A DNA stretch of 64,000 bases from an uncultured Thermoleophilia bacterium. GTDB taxonomy: Bacteria > Actinomycetota > Thermoleophilia > Gaiellales > Gaiellaceae. The stretch's first letter is position 1. The number at the start of each line of letters is the position of its first letter. The notes beneath the pieces were generated by a model that was given only the letters and a program-made list of their open reading frames with translations, was not told the DNA's origin and ran no database searches. Shown piece after piece: positions 1 to 9,525 of the stretch. The stretch covers positions 84,756-148,755 of the forward strand of contig CAVXLS010000009.1 in NCBI GenBank assembly GCA_963762675.1, written 5' to 3'. The position numbers and the translations under genes were made by a program.

Positions 1-1153
1 CGCCGGCTCCTCGGCGAGCGAGGCCAGCGTGTCGAGGAACTCGGCACCGCGTGCGCCGTCGACGACGCGATGGTCGAAGGACACGGTCAAGGTCAGGACG
101 GGTCGCGCGACCACCTCGCCGGCGAGCGCGACCGGGCGCTCGGCGATCCGCCCCACGGCGAGGATCGCCGCCTGCGGCGCGTTGACGATCGCCTGGAAGG
201 CGTCGACGCCGTACATGCCGAGGTTGGAGACGGTGAAGGTGCCGCCCTCGACGTCGGCCAGGCGCAGCCGCCCGGCCCGGGCGGCCTCGGCGGCCTCGCG
301 CACGCGGGCCGAGATCGCGGCGAGGGGCAGCGTGTCCGCCTCGTGGACGACCGGCACCACGAGCCCGTCGTCCGTGGCGACTGCGACGCCGACGTTCACG
401 CCTGCACCGGGGAGGATCTTCCCCTCGCGCCACGACGCGTTCACGCGCGGATGGCGCCGGAGGGCCTCGGCGCAGAGCTTCACGAGCAGGTCGGTGACGC
501 TCACACGGTCGCAGCCGGGCTTGCGTCGTGCGGCGTCGCGCCAGCTCTGCAGGCGCGAGGCGACGACGTCGCGGCTGAGCACGAAGTGCGGCACCTCCTG
601 CCATGCGCGCGGCCGTCCGCTCGGCCATCACGCGCCAGACCGTCCCCACCTCGAACGTCTCGCCCGCCGCTCCGGCCGCCGGCTCCGCCCGCTCCACGTC
701 GGCCGCGACGACCGCGCCGCCGGGGCCGCTGCCGGCCACCGCCTCGAGGTCGATCCCGCGGTCGGCGGCGAGCCTGCGCGCCTTCGGCGAGGCGAGCCGC
801 CTCCGCGGCCGCCCGGCGCTCGGCGCCGGAGCCGCGACGGCGGCGTGCGGAGCGGCGCCGTCGCCGGCGGACGCGACCGCGACCGCCTCCCGCGCCGCAG
901 GCTCGGTGTCGGGCACGGCCGCGAGCGCCTCGCCCTCGGCCAGGACGAGCGCGATCACCGTCCCGACCGGGACCTCGACGCCGTCGGCGGCCGAGACGCC
1001 GGCGAGCGTGCCGTCGGCCGGAGCCTCGATCTCGACCGTGACCTTGTCGGTCTCCACCTCGAGCAGCGGCTCGCCCTTTGCGACCGTGTCGCCGTCCTCC
1101 TTGAGCCAGCGCAGCACCTTGCCGGTCTCCTGCGCCATCCCGAGCGCCGGCAT
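1..1153 (-). pseudogene. Dihydrolipoamide acyltransferase (E2) of a 2-oxoacid/acetoin dehydrogenase complex. The 3' end runs off the window. One +1 frame break near 604 as assembled.
   Basis: Hand translation of the minus strand gives a lipoyl domain (MPALGMAQETGKVLRWLKEDGDTVAKGEPLLEVETDKVTVEIEAPADG), a subunit-binding domain (RLASPKARRLAADRGIDLEAVAGSGPGG) and a catalytic domain with SFDHRVVDG. The frame changes between ...MAERTAAR and WQEVPHFVLSRD. Confidence 0.85.
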
Positions 1154-1160
1154 GATCACG

Positions 1161-2561
1161 TCAGCGGGCATCGACCTCCTGCGGGTCGCCCGAGGCGACC
1201 TCTCCCGGCCGGGCGACGGCGCCGCCGTCGCTTCCGGCCTCGTAGCGGGCGGACGCGACCACCTGGTCGGCGACGCGCGGGTTGTTGAGGTTCGACGTCA
1301 CCTCGCGCTCGCCCGGCACCCGGCCGGCGACGGTGTACTGGCCGCCGGCGGTGACGAGCAGCTCCTCGGCGGGGAAGCGCGTGATCACCTGGGCGCCCGT
1401 CGCGGTGACGACGAGCTCCTCCTCGATCCGCGCCGCCGACCAGCCGTCGGTCGACGGCCAGAAGGTCTCGAGCGCGAAGACCATCCCCTCCTCGATCGTC
1501 TCGGGGTAGTCGAAGGAGACGAGCCGGCTGAAGATCGGCTTCTCCCAGATCGAGAGGCCGATCCCGTGCCCGTACTGGAGCGCGAACGCCGCCTCCTCGT
1601 CCGGGAAGCCGAACTCCTCGGCGCGCGGGAAGACCTCGACCACCTCGGCGGTGGTCACGCCGGGGCGGATCATGGCGATCGCCCGGTCGAGGATGTCGCG
1701 GCAGCGCGCGTAGGCGTCGATCAGCGCGCGGGACGCGGAGCCGACGGCGAACGTGCGGTAGTAGCAGGTGCGATAGCCGTTGTAGGCGTGGAGGATGTCG
1801 AAGTACGCCGGGTCGCCCGGGCGCAGCATCCGGTCGGTGAAGACGTGCGGGTGGGGCGAGCAGCGCTCGCCCGAGATCGCGTTCACGCCCTCGACGTGCT
1901 CCGAGCCGAGCTCGAACAGCACCTTGTTGACGAGCGCCACGCAGTCGTTCTCGCGGAAGCCGGGCCGCATGGCGCGGTAGAGCTCGTCGTAGGCGGCGTC
2001 GACCATCGCGCAGGCCGTGTTGAGGAGCGTGATCTCGTCCGCCGTCTTGATCTTGCGGACGTCCTGCAGCAGCGCCTGGCCGTCCACGACCTCGATCCCC
2101 TCCGCCTGCAGGGCGAAGAGCACCGGCAGCTCGATCATGTCGACGCCGAGCGGCGCGTCCATGAGGTCGTGCTCCTCGAGCTCGGCGCGGATCTTCGCCG
2201 CCACCGACTCGGCGCGGCCCTTCACCGACCCGCGCAGGGTCGAGATCCCGGGCCGCGAGCGCTCCTCGCCGAGCCACGGGTTGTAGAGCTTGTGGTGGCG
2301 CGCGGCCGAGCCGAAGTCCCACATGATCGGCTCGCCGCCGCGGGGCAGCAGGCAGAAGCGGTTGAGCTTGTCCATGGCCCACGTGCCGATGTGGGTCGCG
2401 GTGATGTAGCGGATGTTCGCCATGTCGAAGCAGAGCAGCGCGCCGATCTCCGACTGCTCCAGATGCTCCTTCGCGCGGCCGAGGCGCTCCCGGCGGAGCC
2501 GCTCCATGTCCGCCCGCTGCTCCCAGTCGACCACGTTGGTGCCGTACGTGTGCAGCGCCAT
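1161..2561 (-). CDS. M24-family metallopeptidase-like protein (creatinase/DddP-like subfamily), 466 aa
   Basis: Intact ORF with a pita-bread fold signature (FDILHAYNGYRTCYYRTF, YGHGIGLSIWE, FALETFW, IEEELVVT). The N-terminal domain resembles DddP/creatinase N-domains. The ORF sits 7 nt upstream of the E2 start. Confidence 0.8.
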   Translation of the reverse strand: MALHTYGTNVVDWEQRADMERLRRERLGRAKEHLEQSEIGALLCFDMANIRYITATHIGTWAMDKLNRFCLLPRGGEPIMWDFGSAARHHKLYNPWLGEERSRPGISTLRGSVKGRAESVAAKIRAELEEHDLMDAPLGVDMIELPVLFALQAEGIEVVDGQALLQDVRKIKTADEITLLNTACAMVDAAYDELYRAMRPGFRENDCVALVNKVLFELGSEHVEGVNAISGERCSPHPHVFTDRMLRPGDPAYFDILHAYNGYRTCYYRTFAVGSASRALIDAYARCRDILDRAIAMIRPGVTTAEVVEVFPRAEEFGFPDEEAAFALQYGHGIGLSIWEKPIFSRLVSFDYPETIEEGMVFALETFWPSTDGWSAARIEEELVVTATGAQVITRFPAEELLVTAGGQYTVAGRVPGEREVTSNLNNPRVADQVVASARYEAGSDGGAVARPGEVASGDPQEVDAR

Positions 2562-2570
2562 CTCTCTCCT

Positions 2571-3548
2571 CTACCTGTTGCAGAGCTCGCGCGCGGTCCG
2601 CACGACGAGATCGGGGGTGGGAACGGTCACGTCCTCGAGCGGCGGCGAGAACGGGACGGGAACGTCCAGCGCTGCGAGCCGTCGAACCGGCGCGTCGAGA
2701 CTCCAGAACGCGCCCTCGGCGATCACGGCCGCCAGCTCGGCGCCGGCGCCGTAGCTGCGATGCCCCTCGTCGACGACGATCGCCCGGCCGGTCTTCTGAG
2801 CGCTCGAGACGAGGGCGTCGCGGTCGAGGGGAACGAGCGTGCGGGGGTCGACCACCTCCGCAGAGATCCCGTCAGCCTCGAGCTGCTCGGCGGCGGCGAG
2901 CGCGACACGGATCATCGAGCTCGTCGCCACGATCGTCACGTCGTCGCCCTCCCGCTTCACGTCCGCCACGCCGAAGGGGATCGTGTACTCGCCTTCCGCC
3001 ACCTCGCCCTTCACCGCGTAGTCCATCTTGTCCTCGATGAAGACGACCGGATTGTCGTCCCGGATCGCCGTCTTCAGCAGGCCCTTCGCGTCGGCCGGCG
3101 TCGAGGGCAGGACGACCTTGAGGCCCGGCACGTGCGCCACCCAGGCGTGCAGGCTCTGGCTGTGCTGGGCGGCCGAGCGGCGCGTGGCGCCCATCGTCGT
3201 GCGCAGCGTCAGCGGCACCTTCAGCTTCCCACCCGACATGTAGTGCGTCTTCGCCGCCTGGTTGGCGAGCTGGTCCATGACGAGCGTCAGGAAGTCGCCG
3301 AACATGATGTCGACCACCGGGCGCATGCCGGTCATCGCCGCGCCCACGCCGAGACCGGTGATCCCCGCCTCGGAGATCGGCGAGTCGAGCACCCGCTCGG
3401 GCCCGAACTCGTCCACCAGCCCCGCGAGGACCTTGAACGGCGTACCGGCCTCGGCGACGTCCTCGCCGAGCACGAACACCGTCGGGTCGCGCCGCAGCTC
3501 TTCGGCAAGGGCCTCGTTGATCGCCTGCGCGAACGACAACGTCCGCAT
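2571..3548 (-). CDS. 2-oxoacid (pyruvate/acetoin/branched-chain) dehydrogenase E1 component, beta subunit
   Basis: MRTLSFAQAINEALAEELRRDPTVFVLGEDVAE...DSPISEAGITGLGVGAAMTGMRPVVDIMF is a typical transketolase-like E1-beta. Start taken at the internal ATG (residue 72 of the listed ORF), where homology begins. Confidence 0.9.
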   Translation of the reverse strand: MRTLSFAQAINEALAEELRRDPTVFVLGEDVAEAGTPFKVLAGLVDEFGPERVLDSPISEAGITGLGVGAAMTGMRPVVDIMFGDFLTLVMDQLANQAAKTHYMSGGKLKVPLTLRTTMGATRRSAAQHSQSLHAWVAHVPGLKVVLPSTPADAKGLLKTAIRDDNPVVFIEDKMDYAVKGEVAEGEYTIPFGVADVKREGDDVTIVATSSMIRVALAAAEQLEADGISAEVVDPRTLVPLDRDALVSSAQKTGRAIVVDEGHRSYGAGAELAAVIAEGAFWSLDAPVRRLAALDVPVPFSPPLEDVTVPTPDLVVRTARELCNR

Positions 3549-3574
3549 GGCGGCGCCGGTGACGGCCCCGGCGG

Positions 3575-4561
3575 TCACGCGTAGACGTCCTCGGTCACCT
3601 GGGAGGGATCGGGGAAGGGGGCGTCGAGCGCGAAGGCGAGACCGGCCTCGATCTCGGCACGGGCCTCGCTCTCGACGGCCTGGAGGTCTGCCTCGGTGGC
3701 GAGCTTCTCCGCTGCGAGCCACGTCCCGTGGAGCGCGAGCGGGTCGCGCTCGCTCCGCCACAGCTCCTCCTCCTCCTTCGCGCGGTAGTAGGCGCGGTCG
3801 ACGTCGCCGACGTGGTGGCCGTGGTAGCGGTACGTGTTGGCGAGCAGGAAGGCGGGGCCGTCGCCGGCACGGGCGCGCTCGACGAGCGCCGAGGTCTCGG
3901 CGTACACGGCGCGAACGTCCTGGCCGTCCACCGCGCGCGCCTCGATCCCGAAAGCGCGGGGACGAGCGAGGATGTCGCCGGCGGTGGCCTCCCGGTAGTG
4001 CGTGTACTCGTTGTACAGGTTGTTCTCGCAGACGTAGACGACCGGCAGCGCCCAGAGGGCGGCCATGTTCATCACCTCGTAGACGAGGCCCTGCCCGAGC
4101 GCCCCCTCGCCGAAGAAGCAGATCGCCACCCCGCCGGTGCCGCGACGCTTGGCGGAGAAGGCCGCGCCCGTGGCGATGCCCGCCGAGCCGCCCACGATCG
4201 CGTTCGCCCCGAGGTTGCCGTTCTCGTGGTCCGCGATGTGCATCGAGCCGCCCTTGCCCCGGCAGTAGCCGGCCTCCTTGCCCAGCAGCTCCGCGAACAT
4301 CCGCCCCGGCTCGGCGCCCTTCGCGAGGCAGTGCCCGTGACCGCGGTGGGTCGACGTGATCCAGTCGTCGCGGCGCAGGGCCGAGCAGACGCCCACGGCA
4401 ACCGCCTCCTCGCCTACGTAGAGATGCGTCAGACCCGGCATCTTGGCGCTGCGGTACAGCGCATCCGCCTGCTCCTCGAACAGCCGGATCAGCGTCATCC
4501 GCCGGTACATCTCGAGCGCCAGCTCCGCGCCGATCTCCGTGTGGGGCGCGGTCGCCGTCAC
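3575..4561 (-). CDS. 2-oxoacid dehydrogenase E1 component, alpha subunit (ThDP-binding)
   Basis: 328-aa ORF with YRSAKMPGLTHLYVGEEAVAVG and the ThDP motif FFGEGALGQG...VCENNLY. The GTG start overlaps the upstream stop (GTGA). Confidence 0.9.
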   Translation of the reverse strand: MTATAPHTEIGAELALEMYRRMTLIRLFEEQADALYRSAKMPGLTHLYVGEEAVAVGVCSALRRDDWITSTHRGHGHCLAKGAEPGRMFAELLGKEAGYCRGKGGSMHIADHENGNLGANAIVGGSAGIATGAAFSAKRRGTGGVAICFFGEGALGQGLVYEVMNMAALWALPVVYVCENNLYNEYTHYREATAGDILARPRAFGIEARAVDGQDVRAVYAETSALVERARAGDGPAFLLANTYRYHGHHVGDVDRAYYRAKEEEELWRSERDPLALHGTWLAAEKLATEADLQAVESEARAEIEAGLAFALDAPFPDPSQVTEDVYA

Positions 4562-5463
4562 GCCGCCGCCTCCGCCAGCACGTCGGTCTCCACGCCCGCC
4601 AGCGACGCGAGCACGTCGAAGAGCACGGCGAAGTCGCGCTCGCCGATGCCCATGCCGTTGGCCGCCGTCAGCAGCTCGTTCGTGACCGCCGTCGTCGGCA
4701 GCGGCACCTCGAGCTTCCGGCCCAGCTCGAGGGCGAGGTTCATGTCCTTCTGCATCATCCGGCAGTCGAACCAGACCTCCTCCGGATGGCCGAGCACGAG
4801 CGGCCCGCGGTAGGCGACCATCGGCGAGGCGATCACCGACGCGAGCATCACCTCCACCGCCGTCTCACGCGGGATGCCGGTCTTCTCGGCGAGCAGCACG
4901 CCCTCGCTGAACGCGAGCATCTGCACCGCAAGCGAGAGGTTGACCGCGATCTTCATCGTCACGGCGGCCCCGTTCGGCCCGACGTGGATCACCCTGGGGC
5001 CGATCGCCTCGAGCACCGTCCGCGCCCGCTCGACGGTGTCCGCGTCGCCGCCGACCATGAGCGACGCCTTGCCCTGCTCGACCGTGATCGACGTGCCGGA
5101 GACGGGAGCGTCGAGCATCTCTGCGCCGGTCGCCGCGACCTGCCCGGCCAGCTCCCGCGTGTTGGCCGGGCTCGCCGTGGACATGTCGACGTAGACCTTG
5201 CCCGGGCCGAGCCCGGCGAGGATCCCGTTCGGCCCGTCGGCGACAGCCCGGACGGCGTCGGTGTTGGTGACCATCGTGAACACGATCTCGCCGCGCTCGG
5301 CCACCTCGCGCGGACTCTCCGCCCACCGCGCGCCCGCCTCGAGCAGCGGCTCCGCCTTCTCGCGGGTGCGGTTCCAGACGGTCACGTCGTGTCCGGCGTC
5401 GAGCAGCCGCCGCACGATCGAGCTCCCCATCACGCCGAGGCCGACGTACCCGAGCTCAGCCAT
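4558..5463 (-). CDS. NAD(P)-dependent beta-hydroxyacid dehydrogenase (3-hydroxyisobutyrate/6-phosphogluconate dehydrogenase-like)
   Basis: MAELGYVGLGVMGSSIVRRLLDAGHDVTVWNRT is a Rossmann fold, followed by the HIBADH-type helical domain (MKIAVNLSLAVQM...KDMNLALE). Start taken at the internal ATG at 5463. Confidence 0.85.
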   Translation of the reverse strand: MAELGYVGLGVMGSSIVRRLLDAGHDVTVWNRTREKAEPLLEAGARWAESPREVAERGEIVFTMVTNTDAVRAVADGPNGILAGLGPGKVYVDMSTASPANTRELAGQVAATGAEMLDAPVSGTSITVEQGKASLMVGGDADTVERARTVLEAIGPRVIHVGPNGAAVTMKIAVNLSLAVQMLAFSEGVLLAEKTGIPRETAVEVMLASVIASPMVAYRGPLVLGHPEEVWFDCRMMQKDMNLALELGRKLEVPLPTTAVTNELLTAANGMGIGERDFAVLFDVLASLAGVETDVLAEAAA

Positions 5464-6196
5464 GGGCCGATCCCTCCTGGACGTCCGTCTCGACCCGGGC
5501 CAGATGGGTGACCATCTCGCGCCGAGCGGCGTCGGCGTCGCCCGCCGCGACCGCCGCACGGATCGCGCGGTGCTCGCCGACGGCGCTCTCGGGGCTCTGC
5601 GGGATCGTGTAGACGGTCATCAGCGCGCGGCGGAGGACGTCGCGCACGGCGTGCATGCTGTGCAGGACGAGACGGTTGCCGGTCGCACCGGCGAGAGCGA
5701 GGTGGAAGCGGAGGTCGGCGTCGATGAACCGGTCGCCGTGGGCGTCACCGAGACCGCCGCTCATCTCCTCGATCGCAGCGTCCATCTCGCCCAGGTGCTC
5801 GTCGGTGCGCCGCTCCGCGGCGAGGGCTGCCGCCTCGCACTCGAGAATCCGTCGCAGCTCGAAGAGGTCGTGGAGGCCGGCGCGCTCGTCGAGCGCGAAG
5901 AGGAGACGCAGCGAGCTGTTGAGCGGGTTCGCCGCCTCGGCGACGACGAAGGCGCCGCCGTTGGCGCTCCGGATCACGCCCTGCGACTCGAGCATCCGGA
6001 GCGCCTCCCGCACGGACGAGCGGCCGACCTGGAAGCCGTCGGTCAGCTCGCGCTCGGTGGGCAACGGGTCGCCGGGGCGGAGCGCTCCCTCGCCGATCAT
6101 CCCGACGAGCTGCTCGGCGACGAGCGTGTACGTCTTCCGGCGGGCGATCGGCTGCGCCGAGATGCCGCGGCCCTGCGTGGGGGTCTCGTCACTCAT
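5456..6196 (-). CDS. GntR-family transcriptional regulator, FadR subfamily (FCD C-terminal domain)
   Basis: Winged-helix region LPTERELTDGFQVGRSSVREALRMLESQGVI plus an all-helical FCD-like C-terminus. Start and stop overlap the neighbouring genes (ATGA upstream, 8-nt overlap downstream). Confidence 0.85.
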   Translation of the reverse strand: MSDETPTQGRGISAQPIARRKTYTLVAEQLVGMIGEGALRPGDPLPTERELTDGFQVGRSSVREALRMLESQGVIRSANGGAFVVAEAANPLNSSLRLLFALDERAGLHDLFELRRILECEAAALAAERRTDEHLGEMDAAIEEMSGGLGDAHGDRFIDADLRFHLALAGATGNRLVLHSMHAVRDVLRRALMTVYTIPQSPESAVGEHRAIRAAVAAGDADAARREMVTHLARVETDVQEGSAHG

Positions 6197-7296
6197 GTCT
6201 GGTTGTCTGACAAGGGCTTCGAGGGTACCACCGCCCCGGGAGGCCGTTCAAGGACGGCGCCGAGCCGCTCGGCGACCCAGTCGGCGACGAGCGTCCGCGA
6301 GCGGTAGGGGACGTTGTTCGCGACGTGGACGCCCTCCTCGAACACGACGAGGTCGTTCGGGCCGGCGAGCGCCGCCGCGGTGCGCTCCGCCTGCTCGGGC
6401 GGCGAGGCCGGGTCGCAGCCGCCGTACACCTGCAGCACGGGGACGCGGACACGCTCCGCGTAGCCGGAGACGGTGATCGCGTCCTGCACCGCCCCCGGGT
6501 CGTCGCCGAGGTACTGGTGGAGCCCCGACTGCGAGAGCGGATCCTGCGTCGGGAAGCGGCCGGCGGGGCTGTACCAGCTGCTCATCGACACCGCGGCCCG
6601 CACCCGCTCGTCCACCGCCGCCGCACGGATCGCGAACAACCCGCCGTAGGAGATGCCGACGACGGCGACCCGCTCCGCGTCGAGGTCGGGCCGCGCGAGG
6701 AGGTGGTCGAGCACCGCCACGACGGCCGTCTCCTCGTCCGTGCGGAGCTTCAGGCGGAAGCTGACGAGCCCGTGCCCGGGGCCGTCGAACGCGAACGCGG
6801 CGACGCCACGCCGGACCATGTGCTCGGCGAGGTCGTACAGCTCCTCCTTCGTCGAGTCGGCCCCCGGCAGCAGCACCGCGAGCGGCGGCCGCTCGACGCC
6901 GTGCGGCTTCCGCAGGTAGCCGGGCAGCGTCGTCCCCTCGAACGGCACGTCGACGAGCTCGAGCGGCGGGTCGACGAGCGGCGCCGCCTTCGCCAGCGCC
7001 CGCTCGCCCGCCTCGAGCGCGGCGCGAAACGGGTCGACGTCCTCCACGGAGACGAACGTGGCCCAGTGGTAGAAGAGCGCGGCGCGGACGTACGCCTCGC
7101 CGGCCGTCAGCCGCCGGCCGCGGGCGAGCGCCTCGTCGCCGAGCTCCACGTGCCGCTCGGCCCACCGGCACCACGTGGGCAGCCAGTCCTCCCAGCGCTC
7201 GACCTCGCCGCGAATCTGCTCGAAGTCCCAGTACGGGACGTGCGACGCGATCCGCTGGGTGAACATGCGGTACATCGACTCCAGGAAATCCGTCAC
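6193..7296 (-). CDS. Alpha/beta-hydrolase (FrsA / 2,6-dihydroxypseudooxynicotine-hydrolase-like)
   Basis: Nucleophile elbow VVGISYGG and an overall alpha/beta-fold pattern. The GTG at 7296 overlaps the upstream stop (GTGA); an alternative ATG lies 8 codons downstream. Confidence 0.75.
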   Translation of the reverse strand: MTDFLESMYRMFTQRIASHVPYWDFEQIRGEVERWEDWLPTWCRWAERHVELGDEALARGRRLTAGEAYVRAALFYHWATFVSVEDVDPFRAALEAGERALAKAAPLVDPPLELVDVPFEGTTLPGYLRKPHGVERPPLAVLLPGADSTKEELYDLAEHMVRRGVAAFAFDGPGHGLVSFRLKLRTDEETAVVAVLDHLLARPDLDAERVAVVGISYGGLFAIRAAAVDERVRAAVSMSSWYSPAGRFPTQDPLSQSGLHQYLGDDPGAVQDAITVSGYAERVRVPVLQVYGGCDPASPPEQAERTAAALAGPNDLVVFEEGVHVANNVPYRSRTLVADWVAERLGAVLERPPGAVVPSKPLSDNQT

Positions 7297-8477
7297 GAGC
7301 CTTCCCCTCTCTCGCGCAGGCGGCGTTCCGCCTCGCGTGCTCCGACCTTGAGCAGCATCAGCGCGTTCGTGCCGTTCCCGTGCGTCAGCGTCAGCGCGTC
7401 GCGCGCGAGCTTCTCGGCGGGCCAGCCCGACATGACGCCGCGCCCGCCAAAGAGCGCCACGACGCGGCGCGTGATGTCGATCGCCGCCTCGGTCGCGTGC
7501 ACGCGTACGCCCCACGCGAGCGCCGGGTCGAAGTCGCCGCCGCGCGCCAGCTCGCGCGCGACGCGATAGACGTGGCTGCGCACCGCGTCGAGCTGCACGC
7601 GCAGCGAGCCGAGCTCGTGCGCGACGAGCTGGTGCTGCCAGATCGGCACGCCGCCCTGGACGCGGTCGAGCGAGAAGTCGAGCGCCGCTTCGTACGCCTC
7701 GCGCGCGACGCCGAGCGCCGTGGCCGCATTCGTCACGTTGGGACCGATCAGCACCGTGAGCTGGGCCGGCAGCCCCTTGCCGAGCTCGCCGACGACCTGG
7801 TCCTCGCCGACGCGGACGCCGTCGAGGATCACGTCCGCCTGCGGAGAGGCGCGCTGGCCGATCTTCTCGTAGAGCGGCCCGGTGGAGAGGCCCGGCGCAC
7901 CGGCCGGGACGATGAAATGCGTCAACCCCTCCGGCGCACGCGCGAGCACGAAGTAGACGGAGGCGAGGCCGGCGTTCGTGATCATCGCCTTGCGCCCGTC
8001 GAGCACCCAGCCGTCGCCGTCGCGGCAGGCGTTGACGGCGATCCCGTGCCCGTTCTCCTGGAAGGGGAGCGCGTTGTCGCTGCCGGCGGCCGGCTCGGTG
8101 ACGGCGCTGGCGGGCGCGAAGCGGTCGTCGTTCGCGATCCGATCGAGCACCCAGTCGCGCCAGCGCGGCGTGAGCCGGTCGATCAGCCGTCCGAACCGCC
8201 AGAAGTGGCGGAAGAAGTAACAGACACCGAGGTCGCCGGCCGCGAGCTCCTCGGCAACGGCGCAGAGCGTGACGGCGTCCGCTCCCGCGCCGCCGTACTC
8301 GGGACGGAGCGGCAGCGTCTTCAGGCCCAGGCGCGCGCCCGGCTCGATCACGTCCCAGGGGAACGCGTCGAGCGAGCGCATCCCGTCGAGCCGCGCCCGT
8401 TCCGGGACGACGCGCTCCCGCACGTACGCGCGCGTGGCGGCGACGAGGTCGGCCTGCTCTTCGACGAGCTCGCTCAT
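7293..8477 (-). CDS. Acyl-CoA dehydrogenase family protein
   Basis: MSELVEEQADLVAATRAYVRERV...TEPAAGSDNA...GRKAMITNAG...FGGRGVMSGWPAEKLARDA is the ACAD three-domain pattern. The usual YEGT catalytic-Glu position reads THGNGT. Confidence 0.85.
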   Translation of the reverse strand: MSELVEEQADLVAATRAYVRERVVPERARLDGMRSLDAFPWDVIEPGARLGLKTLPLRPEYGGAGADAVTLCAVAEELAAGDLGVCYFFRHFWRFGRLIDRLTPRWRDWVLDRIANDDRFAPASAVTEPAAGSDNALPFQENGHGIAVNACRDGDGWVLDGRKAMITNAGLASVYFVLARAPEGLTHFIVPAGAPGLSTGPLYEKIGQRASPQADVILDGVRVGEDQVVGELGKGLPAQLTVLIGPNVTNAATALGVAREAYEAALDFSLDRVQGGVPIWQHQLVAHELGSLRVQLDAVRSHVYRVARELARGGDFDPALAWGVRVHATEAAIDITRRVVALFGGRGVMSGWPAEKLARDALTLTHGNGTNALMLLKVGAREAERRLRERGEGS

Positions 8478-9514
8478 GGGACGAGGATCGGGCGCACCGC
8501 GGTGCGGTCGCGCATGGCGTCGAGCGCCGCGTCGATCTGCTCGAGCGGGTAGATGTCGCGGACGAGCTGCTCCGTGCGCACCGCTCCGCTCGCGAGCAGC
8601 GCGATCATCCCGGGGTAGGCGTTGGGGCTCGAACGGATGCCCATCAGGTCGATCTCGTCGAGGACGAGCGCGTCCGGGCTCAGCTCGGCGGTCTTGCCGG
8701 CGGTGAGGCCGAGCAGGGCGACCCGCCCGCCGCGGCCGGTGGCGCGCACGAGCTGCGGCAGGATGCGCGCGTCGCCCGTGCAGTCGTAGACGCGGTCGAC
8801 GCCGCGGCCGCCGGTCAGCTCCCGGATCGCCTCGGCCGGGTCGCCCGCCGTGTAATCGACGAGCTCGTCGGCGCCGAGCTCGCCCGCGAGCTCGAGCCTG
8901 AACCCGCGCCCGACCATGATCGCCCGACCGGCGCCGAGGGCGCGCGCGACCTGGAGCGTCAGCAGCCCGAGCAGGCCCGGCCCGAAGACGGCGACGGTCG
9001 AGCCCGGGTCGATCCCCGTGCGGCGAACGGCGTGGACGGAGAGCGCGCCCTGGTTGACGAGCGCGCCCGCCTCGTCGGAGACGCTCTCCGGCAGCCGGTG
9101 CAGCAGCCGCACCGGGCGGGCGGCGTACTCGGCCAGCGCCCCCTGGACGGTGTGGCCGTAGAGGCGGTAGCCGGGCGTGCCGACGCGCTCGCAGAGGTTG
9201 TAGCGGCCGGCTCGGCAACGGGAGCACTCGCCACAGCCGGCGTGGTTCTCCGCCGCCACGCGGTCGCCTGGACGCAGACCGGAGTGCTCCGTGCCGGGGC
9301 CGAGCTCGACGACCTCGCCGCACCACTCGTGCCCGATCACGAACGGGAGCGCCGGCGGCCAGCGTCCTTCGAAGCCGCCCGCGACGAGCTTGACGTCGGT
9401 GCCGCAGATGCCGCACGCGCGCACGCGGACGAGCGCCTCGCCGGGCGCGAGCGCCGGCCGCGGCACCGGCTCGACACCGATGTCGCCCCAGCCGCGCAAC
9501 ACCGCCGCGCGCAT
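8474..9514 (-). CDS. Zinc-dependent alcohol dehydrogenase (MDR family)
   Basis: MRAAVLRGWG...CGICGTDVK...GHEWCGEV...CGECSRCRAGRYNLC (catalytic and structural Zn motifs) and a GPGLLGL Rossmann fold. An alternative GTG start at 9529 overlaps the upstream stop. Confidence 0.9.
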   Translation of the reverse strand: MRAAVLRGWGDIGVEPVPRPALAPGEALVRVRACGICGTDVKLVAGGFEGRWPPALPFVIGHEWCGEVVELGPGTEHSGLRPGDRVAAENHAGCGECSRCRAGRYNLCERVGTPGYRLYGHTVQGALAEYAARPVRLLHRLPESVSDEAGALVNQGALSVHAVRRTGIDPGSTVAVFGPGLLGLLTLQVARALGAGRAIMVGRGFRLELAGELGADELVDYTAGDPAEAIRELTGGRGVDRVYDCTGDARILPQLVRATGRGGRVALLGLTAGKTAELSPDALVLDEIDLMGIRSSPNAYPGMIALLASGAVRTEQLVRDIYPLEQIDAALDAMRDRTAVRPILVP

Positions 9515-9525
9515 CGTCTCCGCGC